A DNA stretch of 64,000 nt, taken from positions 62,001-126,000 of the forward strand of contig NW_025765891.1 of NCBI RefSeq assembly GCF_003918875.1. The letters are read 5' to 3'. The notes under the pieces were generated by a model. That model was not told where the DNA came from. It did no database searches and saw only the letters and a list, made by a program, of their open reading frames with translations. This DNA is from Haliotis rubra. Taxonomy: Eukaryota. Made by a program: the position numbers and the translations under genes. The first letter of the stretch is position 1. Every line of letters starts with the position of its first letter. Of this stretch, positions 35,427 through 46,600 are shown in pieces.

Positions 35427-36299
35427 TCTGCCAAACTATACAACGATGTTGTAATGTGGTTTGAGCCTTCGATCGCGGTTCGTGGGTAAAATGTGTGAAA
35501 TACAAATGCCAGCTTCAGTTACCATATCTAGGGGATTAAGTAAAGTATCATGTAGACGCTCCTGACACAGACACCTGGATGGAAGATAGGATCCCCTGTG
35601 TGTTGCATAGCAACACAGGTTTTAGCACCGATGACACCCGTGTCACTTGCATGCTGCGACTGTTGCTACCAAAAGGACAGGACATCAGGTTCGCCTGGTT
35701 TGCAACACCCGGTGTCCTGAATGTAACACTTGTTTGACAGGGTGTTCGTGGGTTTGTCTTTATCTAAGCTCGATTCCTTCTCTATGCACTTTCTTTGTTC
35801 ATTTTACTGAAAATTTATTTTAGCGTTCAGTACGTTGTTGCGGATGTCACCAGAGTAAAAATTCGGTTTCTGTCTGTTGTGAAGGGAGAATCTCCTCTTT
35901 TGATATTGCATCACGTTGTGCATTATATGGCATTACGAATTATGACATGATCATGTTTTGTAAACTTGTTCAGCGGGTACCCATGCTCTGCCGTCCATTA
36001 GAAATACCGAAAAACAATTTTTCTGGGTTTAATGCATATGCTTTCCTGTTCGACGTTTTGCAGCTGTATGAGTCAACTGTGGAGGTGGATATACTCAGTC
36101 TGGAGCGTCGGTAGTGAAGCGATTTAGGTCAGATTAAATCCTGCAGATAGGGTCGGAAGTTACGGTTGTTTCAAGGGTCAAGTCCCTACTTTCCTGTACA
36201 ATAAATAATGAATATTCATGAACAGTTGCTCATATATATTTATTACGTTTCAACAAATCATTTTATGTTTCGTAGCAGATTCAAATATCAGTCACTTAT

Positions 36300-36460
36300 A
36301 CATGAGGTGCAATATGAGATGTCTTGTGTGATGTGAGATGTGGTGTGTAATGTGAGATGTCTGGTGTGAAGTGAGATGTGGTGTGTAATGTGAGATGTGG
36401 TGTGTAATGTGAGATGTGAGCTGTAATATAAGAAGTGAATTGTGAGGTTACTGTGAGATG
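36300..36460. repeat. Degenerate (TGTGA/GATGT)n simple repeat near the assembly gap
   Basis: Seen directly in the sequence. Confidence 0.8.
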
Positions 36461-36551
36461 ACGGAGGCAAGACTGGTGCTGCTTTATATGAAAACAAAAA
36501 ACCTTCCAGAACTTTCTCTACCCCCCAACGTCTGCACTAGCTGGAATATTC

Positions 36552-36683
36552 NNNNNNNNNNNNNNNNNNNNNNNNNNNNNNNNNNNNNNNNNNNNNNNNN
36601 NNNNNNNNNNNNNNNNNNNNNNNNNNNNNNNNNNNNNNNNNNNNNNNNNNNNNNNNNNNNNNNNNNNNNNNNNNNNNNNNNNN
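36552..36683. other. Assembly gap (N run)
   Basis: Run of N. Confidence 1.
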
Positions 36684-39089
36684 TGTTTGAATTACATTGT
36701 TACTGTTAAGTTTCAGTACAGAGCATAGGTGTGTCGATTACTATATTAAAACTGAACACACACACACACACACACACACACTGTACCACAATGAATACAA
36801 GTTCCTCATAACACAGGTGCTGTTTGCTGATTGCTCCGATGTATAAATATATATGTACAGGTGACTTCAATGCTTCACCGAGATATCTGTGTGCGCACTG
36901 CACTGAGGTACATCAGATCGCTATGTGATAAACCTGTCAATATCTCCATATACCTTACAGGAGTAGGTGCTTACCGTGATAGACGTGCTCAGTCAGTCAC
37001 AGTGTGTGTCGGTGCAAGTGTAAAGGTGCTTAAATATGGGGATCACAGTACAGATGTAATCCCTGGTATAATCTCCATGTTTGTCGCAAGGGTCGACAAT
37101 AATGCCAAGAATGTGTGGCATTCCTCATGCTATATCTACATGCATTTCCTATGTCTGATCCAGACTCGAATTTATACAGATATATAACGGGACATTTGCT
37201 CCAACATTCCAAATTTTAACACAACCCTACTCCTTCACAGAACGCTCCGTTGGTAGCAAGTACGATACAATTCTTCAGACGTAGGTCTCGACCTTACCCT
37301 ACATTGAAACCTTTCATGCCGCTTGCGAGGAAACAGGGCGCCAGTATCACGACATACCACAGATAAACGACCAATGTCTTGTATTATACGCTGGATACAT
37401 GAATCTGAAGAACAACTTCTGTATTGTTTGTAGCGATCGCTGTTCGAGGGCTACTTCTTGTCGATACACAACCCGAATTCACGAGAGTGAGTGAAAGATG
37501 TTTGTCTGATGATGCAGACAAATTTGCAAGTGCAGATATTAAACGTTACATTTTGGGTGAACAATACATTTGGTGTTTTACTACGGAATAGACTGGCGCC
37601 GGAAGGCATGTTTTATAGAGATGGGGGTGAAGTATGTGATTCCCTGAAATGGTCTTGGAATGGAATGGACCCCATCTTCCCTTGTTGAAGGAACACCATG
37701 CAGGATATCCGTACACAAACCGAAACATGAGTCTCATTAACCTATTCAGACAATGACCTACTTTTCAGACGATCCGAATTTTCTCGTGTGAAAGTGAAAA
37801 GAGACACCACAAACAACTATGGTTACACTGGATTCCAATTCCTTGTTTCATAACAAAATGGCATTTACAAGTTAATTTTAATTTTAAACTTTAATAACAT
37901 CGTATTTCTACATTTTATGGCGAGGTGTAGGCAGCATGACCTTTACTAAGACGTCACAGACTGCCCCAGTTTGATGAGGTCGTAAAATGATTCACAATTC
38001 ATCTGGCTCACTGGTTACACTTGTTATGTGTTCTTTGCGCTTATTCAGTGTAGTTTTATACCGCCCAATGTGATTGATATAATATCAAGTCCGTACCAGG
38101 CCGCCAAACCTTTCTAGCGGCAGAGCCTCGTTTTGAGATTACCACGATTTCCAGATTTCCGTTTGTCAGAGCACGCTGTACTACAGAGCACGCTGCACGA
38201 CGTGTTTGCAAGGATTAGAAGGAGCGTAGTGTTGCAATATACAAGTGGTTAGATGTATCAAATAATACTGATTAATATTTATGTATCCATTTGAATGAAT
38301 TGGTCTCAAAATTCTGGACTGGTTATTGTACTAAGTTGCTCAATATGACGGAACCCAGTCAGCTGGAAACGAGACTGTTGTGTAATCAATGTTTTGACGT
38401 CGGACGTTATTTTGTCGGTTCACGAGTCTCTGTGCACAACACAAAGAGCGCTCACTGAGACGCATAATTTCACCTGTCGTCAGAGTAAAGACTTGCTTTG
38501 CAAACTTTATTGTGAATTAATGTCATGACAAAACGAATCATATGCTTGATAGCAAATAATGTTCAGCCTAATAAATAATGCTGTATTTTTGTCAGTATCA
38601 GGTCAGATACAAAAAGTCACTCAAACATAATAAATGAGGTAATTAATTTAATAAATACAAAATTTAATAAATCTATTGTCTGCAACGTTATCCTAAATTA
38701 ATTTAAGTTAATTAAAGTTGCTATGACATATTTGACAGATTTAAAACTGATAAAATGCAACTAAGGAATAGGATTTCTATAATAATTAATTGCTTCGGAA
38801 AAAACCCTACTCGGTTCTAAAATTACGAGTTGTTTTGTAGACTCATTCTATTTCTATAGTTAACAGTAAAACTGAAAATCTATTTTGACAGGACACCCAA
38901 GTATGGTAATGTAATCTAATGGAAAGCCTCCACATAGCCTGGGAGTTTGTATATTGTCTTCGACTGTATATAGTAGGTTTAGTCATTCACCATTGAACAA
39001 CAAAAGCATCACCACGGCATTCACCCACATATCATGGGAAACACCTATTTTGCTATATTTAGAATGCTATTTATAGTAACATGTTCACG

Positions 39090-39163
39090 TCGGTCGTATA
39101 TATGGCTGTTCAGCGCATGCCTCAAGCAGACAAGCACCTGTCAACTTCCGGCTAACAGTAAGT
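39090..39163 (+). promoter_or_regulatory. Candidate promoter and non-coding first exon of the LRR gene
   Basis: gcgcatgc (NRF1-like) and acttccgg (ETS) followed by a GTAAGT donor at 39158; matching acceptor at 43240. Confidence 0.4.
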
Positions 39164-41291
39164 TCAGTAAGTTTACCATTAACTTTCAATAAAATGAAGG
39201 GATATAGCTTTTTGGTTGATTTTGGGGGAATGACATATGAATAAGATAAATTTTGGAAAGTCGTTTTCTCCATGTACTGTTGATCCATTCCTCAACATCT
39301 TGTAGAAACAAGTTCATAGAGGTTACGATTAGCCATAAGATTGAAAGGGTGATCTCTGTAGACTGTACGTGTGACCGATCGATGTCACAGTAAATGATGT
39401 GATGACAACTAAGATATCTTATGGATTACATCATTACATTACAAGTTTGAGTGTGATTTCAGCTGATACGTCCCATTTCATTTAGGATCGTTCACAAATT
39501 CCTTGACAGCATTTTGAGTCTCTCGATCGAGTATTTTTAGGCCTGATCCAGAAATATACTAGTACTGTAGTCTTGCAGTTAAACTGAATTATGGAATTTC
39601 ATTTCTGTGGCATGTTATACGTACACATACACTGAGTGTATGGTAATCTTGGAATGGACTGTTATCAAATCATGATGTGATTTTCATGTGATGATGTTTT
39701 CTTAAGCCTTTGGAAGTAACAATGTACATATTAAAATTTAGATATTGAAAGTGAAACTAGATCTACTACATCTGATGACAAGCAATTACTTTCATGAAGA
39801 TCCAGGTTAGGAATAGTTTTCAGCCATCTGCATTGTTTGAAGTGTTGGCTACTGGGTGTCATACAGCTAGAATATTGCTACGGGTGGCATTAAACAACAG
39901 ACTGACAATTAAATGATTTCAAAGCCCTGTGTAATTGTTACAATATATGTTACTGCACAAAGTTTTGTGTTGTTGTTTACTCTCAATATATATTACGATT
40001 TTCTAGTAGGGGAGTACGATGTAGGTATTCATCAAACGCCATGTTTATGCTATAGGCATTATCGGAGTACAATTGGTCCCCACTAAGCTATGCCAAGTAG
40101 TTCCGATGATCGAAAATCGATCGAAAGGAGGATTAAAAATAATTATCGAATGAAAAAAATATATTTTCGATTAATCTGAATTTTGTTGTTGTAGCATGAC
40201 ATACTTGAATGAAGTAACTAACCATTAAATTTGACGAATATTCACGAACAAACTTGCGCTCAACAGCGTAAAGTAAAGTTTTGTATTCATCACGAAATAT
40301 TACTGTAACCTGTCTATGAATAAATTCTACATCTGTTGTGAACGTAATGAGATATATACTGATAAATATGTGTTGTATAAATAAACAGAATATGTATGTA
40401 GAAAGTAAAATTACTGCACTTTAAAATTTAGATATATTGAAAATATATTGCTAATCCTGCCTGGCTGACACCGCTGTGGGTTAAGCTGCCACCTGTCCTT
40501 ACCCTGGACATGGGAAGTTGAGGGTGTGGATTTACTCTCTTAAAAATTAAGAAGAAACAAGTGGTAACACACACACACCCCATTATATTGCATGACATAA
40601 TTAGTTTTTAAAACATTAATTAGACAAAATCAGGGGAAAAACCCTTGAAATTGGTGATTACATTAAAAATGTACATATTTCGATAATCGATAGTGGATTT
40701 GGTTTCCGATTCCCAACACTAATGCCAAGGCAACATTGTGTTTTATTGCCAAGTAAATAAGAAACTAACCAACTTCCTTGAGTTATCCTCGATTTTATAA
40801 ATAATAAACACACATTTGCAAATAAGGAAGAAATACATTGTTTAAGCAAAACAATTAAATAAGGAAATTGGTACCACAATGAATAATCGGCTGCTGTCGA
40901 TTTGTTCTTTTTTTCAAACACGCAGTCAGTTTGAAGTATTTTTATGCAAATTACTAGCTTCTCCTTTTAATTGGTCAAAACCTAGATGTAATGAATTTGA
41001 CACATTGCTACCAATACTGGCTTATATTCAACCTTCAAGTGATACTGGGATAGGATGAATAGGTAATTTGAGATATTAGTGAAAGAAAATAAACCTACTT
41101 GTGTCTTGAAAGCAGTTTAAAAGATGGGTGTTTTACACAGTCACATCATTTTTGATTAGCAATTTACAACAATGTCATGTATATAGGCATCTCTGTAACG
41201 TAGAATTGATCAACAGTTACATAGGACTCTAACAGGTTGTTGCAATATGATACATGCGAACTCACATGCTGTACTGGGAGACAATACAAGA

Positions 41292-41442
41292 GTGAGTGAG
41301 TATGGTTTTATACTGCTTTTAGCAATATCACAGCGGGGGACACCAGAAATGGGCTTCACACATTGTACCCATGTTTGGAATTGAACCCGGGTCTTTTGCT
41401 TGACGAGCAAACACTTTAACCTCTAGGCTACCCCGCAGCCCT
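41292..41442 (-). mobile_element. tRNA-derived SINE, family 1
   Basis: TSD gacaatacaaga. Confidence 0.9.
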
Positions 41443-41639
41443 GACAATACAAGAAATTAAGGGGCCACCAAAACATAGTCTGTAGGTTTTGAGGTCATGA
41501 AAATGTCACATGGGAATTAGACCTGTGTCAAGTCAAACAGCAATTAGTACTGGAAGGTTATGCTATGGCTGCTGACAGATCATACATCATGACATTCTGA
41601 GATGCCTGATGGGCTGATGGGAGGTTTTATTTTCGTGAA

Positions 41640-41958
41640 TGATAATAATAATGCTATTTTTTTGCGCCTAGAATCCAACGCGATGCTGTTCTCTGGCGTT
41701 ACATTATTACCCTGACGGAATTGTACTTTCAAAGCTGCTACTAAGCGCTAAGCCCGACCATATAGGTCCGTACATCCGCTTTTCAGGTACCCATTTTAAA
41801 CAGCTGGGTGGACTGAGTGCAATGTGGATGAAGTGCCTTGCCCAGGGACACAACACAGTATGAGACCCGGGTCACAAATTTTGGTGTCTCCACCGGGATT
41901 CGAACCCGGGCCTTTGGCGTGAGAGGCCAGCATGCTAACCACTACACCACTGTGCTCC
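41640..41958 (-). mobile_element. tRNA-derived SINE with Nin-like motif and L2-like tail
   Basis: Minus-strand head gtggtgtagtggttagc...gggttcgaatcccgg; ccacccagctg...atgggtacctg; (att)n tail. Confidence 0.7.
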
Positions 41959-42266
41959 AGTGAAGACTACCATATACTAAACTATTTATTAAGTAACATG
42001 ACATCAGACTGTACAATGTATCTATTTGAAAGTGAATGGAAGACATTGTCTCTGGAAAGGTAGCAGAGCAGACAGTGCTCCAACTGACGTAATTCCAGTT
42101 TCTTATCACCCAGACTGACATTGATCACATATTCAAAATGCATTGATAAGCCATATCAGTCTGGCCAGAGATGTATGGTATAACTCTATCTGTGTTGTTG
42201 TACGGCATGATTAGCACATCTAATACCTTTGATAGGTCTAACATGTATAACATCTTCTATTTTTAT

Positions 42267-42686
42267 TAGGGCTGTAACGATGCATCAAACTATCGATGGA
42301 TTGCAATTGTTGAGTCTCTGATAGCAATTAATCGGTGGTAGAAATGAAAAAGTATCGATGCATCGATAGTGTTTGTGACTGTCGATAATTCATTAATTGA
42401 CTTCCGTTGATAAATGTGGTGCACAAAATACAGGAAGTATTTATTTATTGTTTGGGTGCAGACTTGCAGCTTCATTGAACTTATATCTTAACTGTTTACT
42501 TGATTTGGTTTTCAAGTTTCTTGTCAGTTATTAAAAGAGACTGAAACTACTTCAACTTGTTTATATTTTGTACAAACTATACATTCATTTGGAGAAAAAA
42601 TACTATTCCAATAGTTGATAGAAATAGTATGTTGCAATAGACTATCACTATCACAATAGTTTTTTCCCCCTCAATAGTCACCCCTA
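42267..42686. mobile_element. hAT-like MITE (same family as 46243-46680)
   Basis: TAGGG...CCCTA termini; 8-bp TSD atttttat/atatttat. Confidence 0.8.
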
Positions 42687-43063
42687 ATATTTATGTTTAC
42701 ACTTTCATGTCAACCATACATACACTGTAAAAGGCACATCATCTCATCTGTGTGTGTGAAAGACATTGATCTCATTTGACACTGATTTATCGAGGAGTTC
42801 AAACAAAGTGTCCTTTGTAGGCAAATTGTAATCAAATTCATAATAATGTAAAAAATGAGATTATGTTATATATTATAACACAGACTATGCAACAAATGGT
42901 CTGCAAGTTTAGATTAGTTCAGTTTCAGGAAAATGAAGAGATTATCTGGCTTTTTATTATCTTTCCTGCTAAGTTTTAACATGGTTAAGAGTCAGTGTAA
43001 CAAAGACTGTAATATTTTACAAACATATATCTAGCCTTATGTTCTTACCTGTGTGGATCCGTT

Positions 43064-43177
43064 CCTGGGCCTAGATTTTCGAAGCTCTCTTAGTGCTAAG
43101 ATAGTCGTAAGTGCCATACATTGACATTAACTTACGACTATCTTAGCGCTAGGAGAGCTTTGAAAACTAGGCCCTGG
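43064..43177. mobile_element. Short palindromic MITE (Harbinger-like, CWG target)
   Basis: ctg-ggcctag...ctaggcc-ctg; long imperfect hairpin. Confidence 0.7.
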
Positions 43178-43336
43178 GTAATAGCTTGCTGCTGTTGGTT
43201 TCTGAAATCTGCAGACTTTAATTGTTTTTCCTGTTTTCAGAACATCCTAACATTCCACTCTGTGAGTAAAGCTGGACACAATCAGGATGTATCAATGTAT
43301 TGCCATGGATGACAGCGGCATGTAGTGCCTGTAACC

Positions 43337-43637
43337 ATGGTGAAGGCGTTGAAGGACATGTGCCTCCACTGTGTCCAACACAGTCTGGAGCACATCCCAA
43401 ATCTGCAGCAGAACTTACCTACTTTGTACAAAGAGATCCTCATTGAAAGACTGGCCAACCATGACATGTTTTTTGAACATTACCGCCCATTTATTGCCAG
43501 TAATTTGTTTTGTGAGAACTTACGTTATGTCAAGCTGTACAAGTGCAGTCAAATAGACAATGAGTGCCTTATATCACTGTCTCGAGCTCGATGTCAGCTG
43601 GAAGTCCTCACCATTCACAGGTGTGAGAATGTGTCAG
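43337..43637 (+). CDS. LRR gene coding exon 1
   Basis: accATGG start, in-frame upstream stop, gtaag donor; acceptor for the UTR part at 43240. Confidence 0.85.
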
Positions 43638-46600
43638 GTAAGACCCACTAGGTAACCATAGTAATAGGTTCAGGGCTCCAGACAATTTTTCAACAGAAGA
43701 GTACTGGAAAACCTTAAGAGTACAGTTAGAGTACTTGTTGGCATTACAGGAGAATCAGTAATCTTGTGTTTTGTTTCTAATATGCACCACAGCATTGCTA
43801 CTCTTTTATATAAACAGGTCAATAAACAATAAAACAATGCTTTTAAAAATATATACGTCTGTAAATGATCTTAGACGCGCGTACACCATTGCTATAGTGC
43901 GTATTGGCTACGTTTTCTAAATTATTTCCTACCGTATCGTGCATATTTTATATCCGTACATACGTCGATACAGCCCTTATCTGGAGCCCTGAGGTTTAAA
44001 TAAAATGATAGTTGAGCTTATACAATGGCCAGCAATTTGGTGAAAATCTATGCTGTTGTGAAAACATAACACATTTATTAAAGTTAATATATATATTTTA
44101 AATTCAGAGCTATTTCAAAATAATTTTAACATTGCTTCTAATGCCTCAGTATAAAACTGAGCATTAACATAATTAAAGAATCCCTTGATGTATTGGTCCT
44201 GTTGTCAGTGGAAACTCAAGTTTCTTTGCGTGATAACATAATCATCACTAAGGCTGTAACAAATCTACTCCAAGGCGAATATGGTACAGCTTGTTCAGCT
44301 TGACCTGAGCTACTCTACATATGCATGACCCGGGAGGTCAAATGGCACAAACGGCAGGTCGAAGTTTACTTCATTAAATAGGGGAGCAGAGAATGTTATT
44401 AATGTTGCTTCGTATGAAACATGCATACATGGTATGAAACATGCATACATGGATTGAAGTTAAAGAACTTGTTCGAGAAAGCAACACTTCAAACATATTG
44501 TACTGAAAAAACAATCTTTTCATGTTTTAATTGAATTGTTTATATAGTCATGTGCTATCTAGTGACTAACTTTACAACGTACAGCGTCAGTTATTTTCAC
44601 AATCCGATTCACTCTCGCTGTCACTCTCTACACCCAGTTCAATTATCACTTTTTCTATTACATGTTCAACTGCAATATTTCTGTCCCAGTAGTCGCCTAA
44701 AAGCCCGAATCGGAAACATTAAACCATCTGTAGCTTCTTTTTTAAAGAAAGTTAGGACATTGCTGACGATTTTTCGACACTACACAAAGAGGGCAAACGG
44801 CAACCTTGTCTCGGCTGTTCGGACATGTTGACAATCAACTGACAAAGGTGCACCCCTTCACAATAATAGACCCAACCAGTTGTGACACACTCACGCAGTG
44901 CATTAGTATTCACTTGATCTGGTCAAGCTGAGCAAGCTGTACATATCACAAATATTGGATAACGAATACAGTAACAAGTCGGCATTTGATTTACAGTTCA
45001 TTAAAATGATAAGAAAGATACATTCTTTGACATGTTTACCATTCTGCAGTGTCAATTTATCTTGACAAAGATCGGTGACCACATTACTGTTAAGGTGAAT
45101 ATATAATAGTGTTGGCTTTTATCCTGGCTGGATATATTCCATTTTGCATATATCATATCACTTTAAAAAAACATCCAAATTCAAGTAAAAACACTCTTTT
45201 TTAACAAAATTCATGAATATTTGATTATTGTGATCACAAAAAACTAATTGAATTCATGAAGGGACATAGTTCGTTTCACTGAAGACGTGAGTTTATCATA
45301 ACTCTACTTGTGACTAATCCTGAGCACTGGGGTCACCATGGTATATATATATAGAGATAGTTTGACACATGGTTGAGAGCATGTCATCTTTGTTAACAAT
45401 GCCAATCACTGGTTTGTCTGGTCCAGGCTTGTTCACAGTAGAATTTGTTTATTCTATCATGCTCAGAATGAACTGATGGATATTGGGATTGTTTTGGGGT
45501 CCAGGGTGCGTTGTACAAAACAACCTTAGCGCTAAGACTACCTTAAGTCTATGTTAAGGTATGGGAGTTACTGTCACCTTAGCACTAAGATCACTTTGTG
45601 CAACAGCACCCAGGGGCTCCTTTCACGAAGCAACCTTTACTAAGGTTAACCTTAACTCCCATTCTTTAACATTGCACTAAGGTTACCTTAGTGACTTACA
45701 CCTTAGTGCAATGTTAAAGAATAGGAGTTAAGGTTAACCTTAGTAAAGGTTGCTTCGTGAAAGGAGCCCCTGGCCACTTTATATAGACAAAATGTGTAAT
45801 AATGAACTATGGTTATAACCAACTAAAATTAGTGGTCCCTCTGAGTTTGGTGTGACTGTAGTTTACTGTATATACCATGTTTCTGCTGTTGTTGTACAGC
45901 TTAACTGCGGTGACATATTCACATATGTTTACGAGTGTATGTTTTCATGTGGTGTATACAAGAGTTACCATGGTTACAGGTAATGATTTGTAAGTAATTT
46001 GCTTTCTTATTTTAGATGCTGGAATACTTGCATTGACATCAGCCCAGACATCATTGCGGAAGCTGGAACTTCAGGCGTTGCCACTTCTGACAGGCCAGGG
46101 ACTGTCTCAGATTACCTCCCCTTCTTTGTGGAAGGCTGACTTTCGTGGCTGTCATTCGTTATTGAACAATGGTAGGTTAATACTAGTATACTTAGCCAGT
46201 GTGTAGTTTTGACATCATCAGCCATGGAAAGTTGCTAATTACTAGGGCTGTATCGATGCATCGAACTATTGATGGATTGCAATTGTTTAGTCTCCGATAA
46301 CAATTAATAGGTGTTGGAAATGTAAAACTATCGATGCATCGATAGTATGTGTGAGACTTCCGTTGATAAATGCGACCAGATTAGTTCACGTTGATTTAGA
46401 GTTATCCGACCCTGTTACCTCTTAAACAAATTTGATCTGGGTTTCAAGTTTCTTGTCAGTTATTAAGAGAGACTGAAACTAGTTCAGGTTGTTTTTATTT
46501 CCTTTTTATTTATTTTTATTTGTGTTTTTATAAACTATACATTCATTTAGGAAATGACTTCAAATGAGACAATTTAAGGAGAAAAAACTATTGGTCACGA

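Noticed and set aside
36706-37737. Several 60-118 aa ORFs after the gap
   Set aside because: No motifs, splice-consistent partners or homology recognisable.
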